Part shown: positions 13,854 through 29,400 of the stretch, one piece after another
How positions within the stretch are numbered: the stretch's first letter is position 1
Layout of the letters: every line of letters starts with the position of its first letter
DNA from: the human T2T-CHM13v2.0 reference genome, Homo sapiens
Reading direction: 5' to 3' (one strand)
Assembly: GCF_009914755.1 (NCBI RefSeq)
Contig: NC_060940.1
DNA length: 64,000 bases
The notes under the pieces: model-generated
The model's input: the letters and a program-made list of their open reading frames with translations, nothing else
Database searches by the model: none
What the model was told of the DNA's origin: nothing
Program-made: the position numbers and the translations under genes

Positions 13854-15751
13854 TTGACTTCTCTTTTTTTATAACTTCTTTGTTTCCACTTATTTTTTGG
13901 CACATATAAAATAGTTATGAAAATCATCTTAATCTTCTTTTCTACTAATTCTAACACCTGTGTGCTTTCTGGGTCAGTGTCAATTAATTTACTTATCTTC
14001 TCGTTATAGTCATATTTTCTACTTATTTGCATGTCTAATATGCCTAATAACCTTTTATTGTATGTCAGACATTGTAAATTTTACTATGTATGTGCTGGCT
14101 ACTTCTATATTCTTGTAAATATTGTTAAATCTTGTTCTGGGACACAGTTATGGAATGTGGAAATGCTTACATATGTCCTTCCAGGTCTTACTTTTACCAT
14201 TTCTTATGTGGGAATGTATCAGTGCTCAGTCTAGGGCTATTCCCCTGTGTATTGTACCCAGTGTTCCATGAATTGTAAAGTTTTCCAGTATGGCTATTGG
14301 GAAAAAGCACTATTTCCAGCTCTCTATAAGTGCCAACACTATTACCTTTCACATTTCTGGGTAGTTCTTTCCCTGGTCTCAGGTTGTTGCAACTCATAGA
14401 TGCTCTGATACTTAATGAGGATGCTTTACAGATACATATAATTTTCTCTGAGTGAAGCTATCTCTTCTGTTCCTTGGTTCTGGGAACTCTGTCTATCAAC
14501 GGATCTCACGTTCTTGGCCTTGTCTCCCCAATTCAGGGGGATAGCTGCAAGCAGCCTGGCCTTTACTATGTACATTGCTGCCAGGAAACTTTCAAAAGGC
14601 AGTAAGGTAGGCTCATAGTAGAACTTGCTGAGTTGGTTTGCCATCTCTCAGGCCTGATGTTTTTGATGCCTTTGTTACCTGATGTCCCATGTCATGAAAA
14701 ACCGTTGCTATATCTATTTTGCTTTTTATGATTTTTGTTGTTATTTTAGGTCAAAGGTAAATGTAGTCCTTGTTATTTCATTTTTATCAAAGCAGAAATA
14801 TTTTATTTTTCAGGGCTGAACTCAAATTTCACTGCATCAAAGAGGCCTGCTATGAACTTTCTTCTCCTTACCTTTCCCTCATGTCGTTAGTTATTACATT
14901 CTTTATGTATTTCCTTTATATCAACTCTTCCAATTTATAATTATTTTTAATTATTGGCATAGTTATCTTTCTTCTTTTAACTAGACAATTTTTGTCATCA
15001 CAGCATGGACCAAAATTCCAGCAATTATGTGTATGGTATAAAATAATTGCTTATTAAATATTAGCTGAGTTGGTGAATAAATCTCAATCATGTTATTCTC
15101 TCTTCTACTTGTATTTGCCTCTCTTCTTAATCAAAATTTAACATTCACTGTTTATCAAACAACTTTGTTAACCAGAATATTGGGTTAAGCAAAGAGACAA
15201 ATTGCATTTCCCTGGGCCTCATTTTTGCAATGCAGTCACTCAGCTGGATGAATTACACTCAAAAGCAGGATACAAAGCTGAATATTCGCCCATGGAAAGA
15301 ATTTCACATGCACAATTGTTTGAAAACCATCCATGCTGCCTTCTTACTTCCTCTAGAACTGCTCCCTGAATTTTACCCTCGAAACAAGTTTACTTGAGTG
15401 AGAATTGGAAAATAAGTAGGAGCTTGTCAAGAGGTAAACAAGGCAAAGTAAACTCTCCTAGTAATGACACAGGAGGTGACATATGTCTCATGCTACATAT
15501 GACCTTTCTGTCCCTCCAGCAACACGTATTACTCTGAGAAATGAACACAGTTAAAAGGAGAAAAAAACTGAGCCATCAACCTGAGACACTGTTTAGTAAC
15601 AACTAGCTTGTTTACAGCTCTTTCTCTAACATAAAATGCTGTTCAACTTTTTGAATTATTTCTCTCACCTTTCTTTTAAGCAGAGAACTCCAAAGCTAGA
15701 TATAATCTGCAGATAATATTACTTTGAAATTGTCTACATTTACTGAACACA

Positions 15752-16447
15752 TAGTAGTCCTCTTTTATCCATGGGTGATATGTTCTAACACCCCCACTGG
15801 ATGCCTGCAACAAGGAATAGTACCAAATTCTATATATATTACTTTTTCCTATACATATGCACCATGATAAAGTTTAATTTATAAATTAGACATAACAAGA
15901 GATTAACAGCAATAACTAATAATAAAATAGAAAATTATAATAATATACTGTAATAAACATCATGAAAATGTGGTCTTTCAAAATAATTTAGTCATATTTT
16001 CTTTTCTTCTTCTTGTGATGGTGTGAGATGATAAAGTGCCTGTGACGATAAGATGAATGAGGTGAATGATACAGGCATTGTGACATAATATTAGGCTACT
16101 ATTGACCTTCCGGGGATACAGCCAAAGGAGGATCCTTTGCTTCAGATGATCCTGGATCATGGAGCCATGAAGATGTTGATAGTTGGATATCAGGAACAGA
16201 TGATGTCAATCACTAATGGGTAAGTCACATCTGCCTCATGGAAACATTGGACAAAGAGATTATTCACATCCCAGGCAGGATGGAGCTGGATAGTGTAAGA
16301 TTCCATCAAGCTACTCAGAATGACGTGCACTTTAAAATGTATAAATTGTTTATTTCTGATATTTTTTATTTAATATTTTCAGATCACAGTTGACCAGGGG
16401 AAACTAAAATCATGGGAAACAAAACCATGGATAAGGCAGTACTACTG
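15752..16447 (-). mobile_element. MER44-family (TcMar-Tigger) element, ~700 bp
   Basis: TIRs TAGTAGTCCTCTTTTATCCATGG and CCATGGATAAGGCAGTACTACTG. Interior matches remembered MER44 sequence. Confidence 0.8.
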
Positions 16448-16451
16448 TATA

Positions 16452-16796
16452 CAGTTGGCCCTCCATAGCCATGCACTCTGCATCAGTGGATTCAATCAGC
16501 CATGGATAAAAAAATGTTTGAAAAGTTTAAAAGAATGGTTGTTTCTGTACTGAACAGGTAAACACATATTCCTTGTCACTGTCCCCTAAACAACGTAGTA
16601 TGACAACTATTTACATGGCATTTACATTACATTAGTATTATAAGTAATCTTGTGATGATTTAAAGTATACAGAAGAATATGTGTAGGTTATATGCAATTA
16701 CTACTCCATTCTATATAAGGATCTGTAGCATCTGCATAATATAATATCCATGAAGTGTCCTGAAATCAATCCCTCATGGATACCAAGGGACAACTA
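16452..16796 (-). mobile_element. MER2 (TcMar-Tigger MITE), full length
   Basis: CAGTTGGCCCTCCATAGCC..GGATACCAAGGGACAACTA, flanked by TA on both sides, 345 bp. Confidence 0.85.
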
Positions 16797-18864
16797 TATT
16801 ATATTTAAATGGACTAAGAAGGAGAAGAATCAATAATTATTAAGGAACAACTAATTTCCAGAGGTCCTTTAATTTAGGGAAATGGATATGTAAAAAAACA
16901 GACACTGGATTTATGTAGGTCACTATCTGATAAATAGACTACTAGCTCTAGAAATTCAAGGGGTATTTGTGTAGGATAAAGTATTATGGGGTGAGAACAG
17001 ACATGTTATGGACTCTGAGGGCACAGAATATAATACTGGAAATTTAGAAAAAGATTTTACTTAATCTTTTTGCAATAAAAATTGTATATGTGCAAACAAA
17101 TGCTAATATAATAGAAATACCAGGGATTATAGGAGTCAAAATATTCAGTGACGTTCAGTGTGTTATCTAAGATCACATGGCTAATAAGTATAAGAGCACA
17201 GATTTAAAGCCAGGTCTCTCACATAGAAAAGGTGAGGCTCTTTGTTCTACCAGATTACTGAAAAATAGCAATATTCCTTGTTCTTAAAATAAGAATCTCC
17301 TCTTTTTGTGGTACAGGTTAGGTGTTCAAGCTGTGTTAAATCACATCCCTGATGTTTATGTGGTCAGGATATGTGCCCTTGAGTGACCAAGCAGAAGTGA
17401 GTGGAACTTTCTACCATGCTTTGTATGCTAAGACTTCCATCAACGAGTGATTTTCTTGCTTTAAATTTAATGCTGACTCCATTCAAGCAGAAAATAGATT
17501 TGAAGACAATGAAAAATGTGCCACTTTATTTCCCTAAGGCCTTCTCTGCACAGTAGGCCTTGAACAAAAGTAATTTCATAAGGAGAGACAAACAACTAAG
17601 TGAATCTTCAAATACAAAAATTTATTGTTTTTTTTTGCTAAATTATTTTACTAAGTATTGATTTTCTGATTCTTATTATCCATCTTCAGATCACAAGGCT
17701 TAGTGTAGAATTTGCTTACACTGTGATAACAAAATTCATAATCAAATGGGAAGAGGAAATAATCCTACCGTGGTGCATGCCATTTTTCTATCCAAGGGAA
17801 CCTCGTAAGTTGCTGATAAGAATAAATTGCAGTGAATGAGAAAATCATGAAAAGTCAAAAATTAAAGGATCCTTAGTGATAACCTGGCACAGTGATTATT
17901 TTTTCCCTTCCAAGGGGAGGAACATTTTATTTTTTGAATTGGAACATTTTTGTTGCTGTTTTTCTACATGGTCACCATGTTTTTAGAATATCTTCTAATG
18001 TAGTAACATTGTATTTATTGAGAAATAACGGCTAATACTGAATTTGTTCAATTTCAAAAATGGGAAAATGTGCAGAGTGTATGATCATAAACAACAGTGG
18101 TAACAATAGCAAGCAAAACAACTCTCTGGGAAATCCAAATAATTCCTGACCTTCAAGAAAACCTAGCAGGTCTGAGGAGGTGATTGTCATAGTTGATTCC
18201 AGTGGGGTCTACGATAGCATATCCCCTCAAACAAAGTTGAAAGAGAAAGGGACAGTTGATTCCTTTATGGAGTAAAGACCATAGAATAAGATCAAACTGA
18301 GAGGCCAGATTGTGCCTTCAAGAGCATGGAGAGAAATCTGAGAAATACATGACAATGGATTTGACAAGTGAGCATATGGAGGTAGAAGGAATTAGTAAGT
18401 TTAAAATGGAAGAAAGTTGAGATTTAGAAAGATACCTTTACAAAATTCCTGGATTGTCCATTTCTAGTGTCCCTTCACTTGCTGGTGCCTCATAAGTACA
18501 ATAGCTTAAATGTCTAGAGAGAAGGAGGCCATGTAGGAGACTTTAAGTTATATACAACCTCTAGGTGTCTTTGTTGGGCCCACAAAGTGCTTATAGCTTC
18601 TATTTGCTGTGTCTCTAGAACATTTTGCAAGAAGTGGGACTTGTGTTACTGTATGGTTCCAGTTTTCAATGCTCATGTGGTGGCTTCACCCTTTAAATAG
18701 CACAGTAGGTATGCTTTCCAATTTGAAGACTCCAATATTCTCTGTTGTCTGACAATCAGTCAACTTAACTTGTTTAAATAATTTGTCTGGCCTCTGATGC
18801 ATTTGAATTTGTCATCTGATAGAAACTGCTATGATATTTGAATTTTAAGGCAAAGTTACCAGGT

Positions 18865-19005
18865 TTTAATGAGCACCTAAGATCTTGCTGAAATGTAGGT
18901 TGAAATTCCCTAGGTCCAGGATACTCCTTAAGGCTTGTCCGTCTAACAGGCTCCCAGGTGATGCCAATACTGATGTTACACAGACCATACTTCAAGGAAC
19001 AAAGA
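18865..19005. mobile_element. MER5-type MITE fragment
   Basis: TCTAACAGGCTCCCAGGTGATGCCAATACTG..GACCATACTTCAAG motif. Confidence 0.6.
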
Positions 19006-19014
19006 CTTAAAGCA

Positions 19015-19520
19015 AGTGTCTTCTTCTGGGGCCTGAGAAAAATGTTTATGTGAAGGTGATTTATTTGGTAATATGATACCAGGGAATAGGAATACAGGGC
19101 AGGTAAGTGACACAGAGAAGGAATAAAAGCCAATACAAGGATAGATGATCAAGTTGGCCGCTAGTGTGAATAACTAGTGACCAGTCCCACTGGGAATTTT
19201 TGCAGAGCTTTATGAAATATATGTCAAAATTTGCTGCCTTGGGGATAATAGGGGGAAAATTTCTATCAGATTTTGTTCCCATTGGCCAAGGGTGGGTCCA
19301 TGAGCCCGCACTTCCAGGTTGCACATGAATGCTTGCAGAGACTTTTACTATGACAGTCCCATCTTTACACATCAAATGAATCCCCAGAGTATGAAACAGA
19401 AATAGTTACAACATGGACCAAGACAATGTGCTGTTCAAGTTGCTCCTCCAGGAAACTAGTCAAGGCCTACTTAAATCAGTTGTCACAGAAACTATGAACG
19501 ACTAAGAAGATTTTGAAGTG
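19015..19520. mobile_element. Ancient ERVL LTR, LTR33-like
   Basis: TTTATTTGG..CCAGGGAA..GTGACACAGAGAAGGAATAAAAGCCAATACAAGG..CAGTCCCACTGGGAA resembles LTR33. Highly diverged. Confidence 0.5.
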
Positions 19521-20549
19521 ATGCATGAGAACTCTAAGATGCTTTAGTATGACTATACAATGCCCTGAGCTGGAGCACTTGGCCACAAAACTCATGTCTC
19601 TTGGAGGCAAAAGCCAAATGACCTTTCCAGCAGTATGCAACATTGCTTTTCCCAAAGCAAAATCATGATTTTGCCATGCTAATGGTAAAACCATAGGCAC
19701 ATTGCCAGACAATGTTTCTAGGAAGAAAAGAATGTTTTGTTTTGTTTTTCTTCTTTTAAGATTAATAGATGACCTTTAAGGGACTGGTAAAAGTTAGTGT
19801 AGCCTCTTCTTCTTCCAGAGTTTCTGTGGCCCCTTCGTGCCTTCCAGTTCATGAAATGGTCACTAGTTGGCAGAGAATCAGACCCAAATCTTCTTTCTAC
19901 TCTCTAAATGGAAGCCATACTCTGTAGTGGAATTATTACGCACTATTAGTACATGATACATGTGCACATACAGATGTATAAGAAATCTCTCTCCTTTGAA
20001 GGAGTATTCCTTTTAGCATTCCTGATAATGCTACTGAACCAAACTATGTCTGTATTCCCTATGGGAGTCCAAAAGCTTATCACCACTACCAAAACAATGG
20101 CTAGAGAAACTAAGCACCCGTGGGTTGTAGGTGGTTCACCCTTTCACTTTTTAAACTATATATCTAAAACCAGAGTGGAATGACAGCTTATTAGAGCAAT
20201 GTGACATTCTTTATGTAATTAGAATGTGTCCAAACATTTATTCTGTGCAATAAACATTTAAACCAGAATTCACTGTTTTTTTTCAGGTTGGGATAGATAT
20301 GTTCCCTGCTTAACTGTTATGATTGCATTACTCTGCCCTCAGGATGAAAAAGGGTTATTGAAACCTAGGGGACTGTGAGTGTGTCAGTAGCACATAGACA
20401 ATCTTACCCATGAGTTTCTAGCTGTTTTGTACTGTAAGAAACTGACATATTCACAAACTGATGGGATTAAATGGAGCATCAAGTGACCTACATTTGGCAA
20501 GAAGCCATGTTGTATAGGGACAGGAGCTTTGGCACAAGCGTGACAATAA

Positions 20550-20961
<412 letters not shown>

Positions 20962-22487
20962 TCCACATTCTTAAAGTAAGCAAAATATTATTCTTGCTCA
21001 TCCTCAGGATTGTCAAGGAAAACAAATATTTTAGTTTTGCCTCATACCACACACTGGGTGAAAAAATAACAGATCAAGAGATGGTAAGGTGCTTATAACC
21101 AAAAAAGGACTACATGGGGGTTGTTGTGTATTTTGGCAAACCATGAAGGAGGTAGTATATGTATTTAACTCATTAATTACATCCTATAATTTACACCACC
21201 TTTTCAATGCCCCTTTTACTACTTCATGGTCACTTTACTATTTTCAAAAGTCTTCTTCACTTCGGTGCTTCATGAGAAATCAACGACCACAAAAGATAAT
21301 GATAATGTTGACAAAGGTAACAATGATGACATAATAGTTTGTGTGTGAATATTACAATTTTAAAACCATGTTAGTATCTATTGCTCCTACAAATGGCCAG
21401 ATAAACAAGTCTTCATTTTTCATATTGTCCATGAAGTTCTGAAAGAATAAGTCCCTTGATCTCACTTGCAGAATTAATAAGGTGTAGCTTCAGAACTTCA
21501 ACTAGGTGTGTCTGGCTCCAAGGTCATTGTTGTTTTTAATGTCACCACAATGATTGCACAATCATTACTTCAATCCAGCATTAGTTATTCTTTCAAAAAC
21601 CAGGCAGGAACTTCAACCTTCTTAAAGGCACAAAAATTTCTAGAACATCTGAAGATTGCACAAGCTCATTAAGATAACTATATTATTTTCGTGGTGTCCC
21701 ATATTGAAGAGTGTCCATGAGTCATTCACTAGAATTCTATGGAAAGAAATAGAAATCTTCATAAAATAGTATGTGCAGAGTAGCTACAGATTGGACTTGA
21801 ACTTTATGTCCACAGTAGACAGGAATAAGATGCAAATTATAATTCAACAATAAATTAGGCTCATTATAAGGAAATTATTCTCAAATTTAAAGTTACTTAA
21901 TACTAGCATGAGTTCTTTTCTAATTTTTTTAGGAGGCCCATATATGGCTACTTCTAACTGCCAAGAACTCACATTAGAAATAGTATTGGCTGTCTTAGGA
22001 GACAGCAAACTCCCTTATGATAGAATGTAAAATCACCAAATTGGGTTAGTGTTAGGCAACTTCAAACTGCTGTGGAGAACTGAATTAAATAACCTTTAAT
22101 TTACTTTTTGCCTCTGATAATAAGTGATTCTCACAAAATCCATTTCCTTGAAATCTCAGACCTACTAGGCAGAGAGTAGTAGGTGGCTTTAGAGAAAACC
22201 ATGGATAATATTCCTAAGGAAAGAGTCAGCTCACCTGTTCATGCTGATAGCTAGCACTGAACAAGGTATGCAAACTATGGTGGCATATCCTCCATCATCT
22301 CAGGATATGAATGAACAAATCACTTTTATGTCTCCTTCATCTTTTATTAGAGTAAGAAATCTGTCAATATAATTAAGTAGATCTACTTATTTAAATGAAA
22401 GAATAGGCATTTATTGAGTATCACTTAGTATGCAAGCACTGAGCCAGTTTTAGAGATTCGGAGAGAAAGAATAAACTTATCTTACAG

Positions 22488-22850
<363 letters not shown>

Positions 22851-23393
22851 TAAGAGGTAGCAGATGGGAGAATGTTTCTTTTATTAGTGATAAGAAATAT
22901 GTGAATCAGTTAAGAAAACTTCAGCCTCCCCACACACATAATTAAACCTTCCCAGTTACTGCCTTTCTACATATGATAAAAATGCAGTCACCTTATTTCC
23001 AAGTCCCTATTTTATCTTCGTCCAGTACACTCTGAAAATCCCATCTTATATACCATACTTCACTGCATTTGCTGTGTTCTAGCAACTCACATGGGTATTT
23101 TTTCTGCTTTTTAAATAGATCAGGCTCATTCTTTCCTCTGCTTGGAATGTTTTACCTCGATTCTTCAAATGATTGGATTCTTCTAAACAATTTTATTTCA
23201 GCTTAAAGTCATCTCCTCACAATGATATTCTTGAATGATTACACATTATAAAGTACCCTTTCACAAGACTCCCTCAGTAACAGACCAACATGATACAATT
23301 TCTTCCTAACGTATATTATTTTCTGACATAAGCTTGCATTCATATGGTTATCATTTTTTGTCTTTACATCTTCCAACTCCACTACACAGTGCT

Positions 23394-23443
23394 TGTGTGT
23401 GTGTGTGTGTGTGCATACACACACACACACACACACACACACA
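23394..23443. repeat. (TG)10 followed by a (CA)n microsatellite
   Basis: Read directly: TGTG..GTG-CATA-CACA..CA. Confidence 0.95.
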
Positions 23444-26400
23444 GAGAAACAAATTATATTAGAGTGAGATGTGCATAGATCATGTTCTCCATACCCTTAG
23501 TACCTGGTACATTGTTTGGCATAATAGGTGTGTGACAAATATGTAAAAAAGAGATGCATTAAAGCAAAAAATTGAATATACAGTGTAAACAAAGAACTAG
23601 GGATAAGAAGTAACAGTAGGCATTCAGAGAGATGGAAAGTATAATAAAGTTTCAAAGAAAACCTAAAAATCAGAACAAAACATGGAAATGAGAACTTTCA
23701 TAGATTTATCAGTAGAATGCATGACAGAGAGATGAATCAGAGAGCTTGAGATAATCCAGTAGAAACCTTCCAACATGCAGTTAAAAAAAAGAGCAGACAC
23801 CCAAGAACAGTGGGATAATTTCAAAATGTCTAACAGACATGCAATTGGAATAGCAGAAGCAGGAAACAAAAGAACACAACAGAAGAAATACTTGAAGTAA
23901 TAATGACTGAATTTTTCAAAATGAATGACAAACATGAAACTATAGATTCAGTAAGCTCAGAAAACACCAAGAAGGATTTAAAAAAAAAAGAGTTGTATCA
24001 TATGCAAACTATAGAAACCCAAGACAAAGATAATATTGTGACAGAAGACAGGGAATAAACCTTTTATTTACCTATAGAATTAAAGAAATAGCCATTACGC
24101 TGAATGTGTTTTCAGAAGCTGTGCCAGCAAGAAAAGAGTAGAATTAAATATTTAAAGTTTTGTGAGAAAAACAACCCTCCAACCTAGAATTCTATCCCAA
24201 TAAAATTATCCTTCAAAAGTGAAGGGAAAATAGAGCCTTTCTATGACAAACAAAAACTGAGGGAACTCCTTGCCAGTAGAACTGTCCTGCAAAAAAATTT
24301 TCAAAAAGTTCTTTAGGGATGATTTAAATAAAAAAACTGAAACTTAAATCTACATAAATATAGAAGAAGCATCTGAAAATAATAGATGAAAGAAGAATAA
24401 AATATATTTTTTCATGTGAAGAGTTACAGTTTCATATGAAGATAGGCTTAGTTAAAAATGTATATTGTAAACTCTAGGGTAATGACTAAAAATAAAAAGA
24501 AAATATCTTGGTATGCTAAGAAATTAGATTAAATAGAATCATATAAAATAATCAGAAGCAGAGATGACATTAAAAGTTGAGGGCTGGAAAGAAACAAAGA
24601 ATTGTAACAAATAAGAAATAGTTAAAAATATAGATATTAATCCAAATATGTCAATAATCACTTATTATATAGATAATATAAAATTCTAATTAAAAGACAG
24701 TCAAGGTGAATGAGAAAGCCAAATATATGGTGTTTTCAAGAAACTAATTTAAGTACAAATATTTATATATGTTAAGTGTAAGGGGATAAAGAAAGATATT
24801 TCATACTAACACTGATCTAACAAAGCTGGAGTATCTGTATTAGTTGCACACAAAGCAAATCTCAGGACATGGAAAATTGTCAGGGATAAATATGGCATTA
24901 ATATAATAATTCAATTCTCCAAAAAGTTCAGTTCTCCAAAAAGTCATTAGAATCCTAGGTGTAGGTATGCACCTACAATCCTAAAGGTGTACACACCTAA
25001 CAACAGAATATTAAAATATGTGAGATGAAAACTGATAGAATTGTGATAAACTATGTCAGATGAAAACTGATAGAATTGTGAGGATTAATAGACAAATACA
25101 GTATTATAGTTGAAGACTTCACCATGCCTCTTTCAGTAATTGATATAATAGGAAGGCAGAAAATCATTAAGGGAATAGTTGGCTTGTCAGGCACTATCAA
25201 TCAACTTAATCTAATGAACATTTGTTGGGATATTCTATTCAGCAATAACACAATACACATTTCTCCCAAACTTCTCAGGTAATATTCAGCATCATAGAAC
25301 ATATTATGGCAAATAAGACACACGTTAACAAACTTAAAAGAAAGAAGTTATACAAAGTATGTTCTTAGACTACAATGGAATTAAACTAAAAATCAAAAAG
25401 AGAAAGATAACTAGAAGTTTCCTAAACATCTGGAGATTAAAAAAAACTTCTAAAGAACATACATAACAAAAAAGACTTAAGATATGTTAATATATTATAT
25501 ACAATTTTCACATTATATAATACACTGAGATATATATATGAGGTATTAATATATATTGAATTAAATCAAAATGAATTTACAACTTATCAAAATTTGTGAG
25601 ATATAACAGTATTAGAGGTTAGAGGGAAATTTATTGCATCCAGTGCATATATTAGACAAGAATAAAGATCTCAAATAAATAATGTAAAAGTTTTCACTTT
25701 AGAAAACTAGCAAAAACTAGACCTAAAACATGCAGAAAACAATAAAAGTTAGAGCAGAAATAAAAGATATTAATGAACAGAAAACAGTAAAAGAAATAGA
25801 CAAACCCAAAAGTTGATTCTTTGAACAAATAAATAAAATCGATAAATGTAAACTTGGCTAACCAAGAATAAAAAAGAGAATATACAAGTTACAAACATCA
25901 GAACTGAGATGGGGATGAATCATTAATGGCCCTATGGATATTAAAGGAATAACAATGGAATGTTACAAAAAACTCTGTGACTTTAAATTTTATTATTTAA
26001 ATAAAATTGACCAGTTTCTTAAAAGACATAAAACACAAAACTCGAATGTGGATAAATATATAATCTGAATAGGCCTATGTCTATTTAAAAAATTCAATGA
26101 ATAATTTATAACCTTCCAAAAAATAAAGCCCCCTACCCAGATCGTTTCACTGGTGAATTCTACCAAACATTTATTGAAGAAATAACCCCAATTCTCCACA
26201 AAGTTGTCCAGAAAATAGAAACAGAGAGACAACTTCTTAAATCAATGTATGAGACCAGCATTATCCTGATACTGAAACAAGACAAAGGCATTATAAGAAA
26301 GGAAATATACATATCTATACCTCTCATGAACTTGGATGCAAAAAATTGTCAGTGAAATATAAGCAAATCAAGTTACACAAAATAAAAAAAGAATTATATA

Positions 26401-29400
26401 CCTCCAACAAGTGGGATTTATTCTGGGTATGCAAGGCCGGTTGAGAATTCATAGATTAATCATTGCAATGAACTATGTGAACAGGATAATGGAGGATAAT
26501 TTATATGATTACATCAATTGTTTTTTAAAAAGACATCTGACAATAATATATTTTTAAAAGTCTCAGAAAATTAATAATAAAGGCAAACATTCCTGATTTA
26601 ACAAAGAACATTTACCAAGAAACAAACAAACAAATGAATAAAAATTAAACAAAACTAACATTATACTAAATGCTACGAGACTGAACAGGACAGGGAAAAG
26701 GCAAGAAAGTTATCTCACCAATTCAGTTCAGTATTGTACTGAACATTTCGGACGGTTCAAATACAAAAGAAGGGAAGGAAAAAGTAAACAGAATCAAAAG
26801 TAAGATTTGGAAAACCGCAGATGAGTTATCAGAATGACTTCTGTAAACAATAAGCAAGCATAGCAAGGCCACTGAATATTTTCTATAGTTAATATAGAAA
26901 AACTTATTTTTTTTGTATCAGCACAGAAATCAGAATTTGAAGTAAAAATAATGATAATACCATTTACAATAACACCAGATTAAAAAATACTGGTATAAAG
27001 CTAACAAATTGTGTGCATTACTTATGTGCAGAAAACTACATAGTTCTGATTAAAGAAACCAAAGTAGTTCCAAATAAATTAGAGATATTTCATTTTTATG
27101 TATTCAAAGATTTAATATTGTTAAGATGTAAACTGAACGAAATTTGATTTATAGATTTAACACCATCCCAATCAAAATCCTAATATTCTATTTTGTATGT
27201 ACTGACAACTGATTCTAAAGAGTATGTGAAATATCAGACGGCCTAGGATAAGCAACACAATACTGCAGAAAAAACAAGAGTTAGAGAACTAACACTTCCT
27301 GGCGTGAAGACTAAATATAAAGCAAAAATAATGAAGATGATGGTATTGACAAATGGAGACATCAATCAAGGTAATAAAATAGAGTCCAGGAATAGAATTG
27401 CACAAATATAGCTGACTCATCTTTGACAAAGAAGCAAAGCCGATTTTATGAAAAAAGGATAGTTTTTTAAAAAAAATCAATGATGTTGGAACAATTAGAC
27501 ATCTATATTCAAAAAAACAAATCTAGACACTGACCTTATACCTTTCACAAAAAGTAATCTGAAATGAATAATAGACTTAACCATTAAATGTAAAACTTCT
27601 AGAATAAAAGACAGGAGAATAGGTGACTTGGGATATAATAGGGACATTTTAGACACAACACTGAAAGTATAATCAATGAAAGAAGAAAAAACTGATGTTA
27701 CACTTTATTAAAATGAAAACTTCTGCTATAAGAAAAACACTGTTAAGAAGACTTAAAAATAAGCCACAAACTGAGAGGAAAATTTTTGCAAAACATGTTT
27801 TTAATAAAGGATGTGTATGCAAAATATGCACCACTTTACTTAAAAAAAGATCCCTTAAAATAAATAAGGAAACAAACAATCTGACTAAAAGTGATCAAAA
27901 GATATGAACACCTCATAAAAGAAAGAAGATATGGACATGACAATCAAATGAAAAGATGTTCAACATCATATGTTGTTAGGGGATTGTAAATTAAAATAAT
28001 AAATTGATACAACTACATACTTATTAGAATTGTTTTTAAAAATTGACCTTAAGATGATGACAATATCAAAACAACAACCACAACCACAACAAAAATCTTG
28101 ATCATCCAAATACACTGGCCATACTAATTTCTGATGAGGATGCTGTACAACAAAATCTCTTATTCATTGCTGGTGGGAATGCAAAATGATATTACCACTT
28201 TGAAAGCCTGTATGGCCATTTCTTACAAAACTAAATATAGTCTTAACATATGACTCAGCAATATAATTCCTAGCTATTTACCAAAAAAAAAAAAAAAAAA
28301 TTAAAAACTATGTGCACACCAATACCTACACATGAATGTCTATATCAGTTTACCCATAATTGCCAAAAAGTTTGTAAGAAGTAATAAGCAATCAAGATAA
28401 ACTTCAATAGGTAAATGGGTGAACTAAATATGGTGCATCTATGCAATAGAAGAGTATTCAGCAATAAGCTGAAATGAGCTATCTAACCACAAAAGACAGG
28501 GATGAAGCTTAAATATCCATTGCTAGTCCAAAGAAGCAAGCCTGAAAAGACTGTATAGTGCATGATTCTAATGATATGACATTCTATAAAAAGCAATAAA
28601 CAAGCAACGAACAGATAAGTAAGAGGAGAGGACTGAAGAGTTTAATCACCCAGCAATTTTTAGGATGGTGAAGCTATTTCCTCTGATACTGAAATTGTGG
28701 ACAAATGGCATTAGGCATTTGTTAAAACACAGAGCATGGTACAGCACAAAGAATGAACCCTAATGCAGGAAAGTTACAAATAATATAATCTAGAAGGTCT
28801 GGAGAATCCTATGTGGTAAGGAGACAATAGCAAAACAGTCTACTGGATTACAAATATATGGAACAACCTCACTGAAAAGGCCAGAGACAAATGTGACCTA
28901 AGAAACTTCGGAAATGAGAGGAATCTATAAAACTAAAACAACTATGAAAATAAAAACTATAAAAAAGCACTGTATTCTAGCTGATATAGTCAGTTCTCAT
29001 AGAGGTAGGTTTAACAATTCAGATAATTAAATAAAAGAATTATGTAATGGAACACTTAAGTACATAAATAATACATACTGGTAGCCAGGCTTCCCATCAT
29101 TGGAGTTGGAGTTTAGGGATAAGTAAGTGGAAGTGCCTATAATGATTATAACAATTATATAGGGATTAGAGTTGAGGACACGAAGATGAAATAATGTTTG
29201 GATCAAAATGGATAAAGAAGATTTTATGTATAAATATAGACATGTGTATACACACATCTATTTTCTTGTTCTTTCAACTGAGAGAGTCTAGAAGCAACAA
29301 CACCTCAGTAGCAATGAATTCATCCAGCACCCTGATCTTGGTTTCTAATACTGCTACTAAACAAAAGGAACAGGCAAGGCCTCCCTAGAAAAATTGCTGA

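Noticed and set aside
21549-21566. Short palindromes (AATGATTG-CA-CAATCATT here, GCTCATATGAGC at 51839, AACTCAATTGAGTT at 63972)
   Set aside because: Stems of 6-8 bp are expected by chance in 64 kb of AT-rich DNA.
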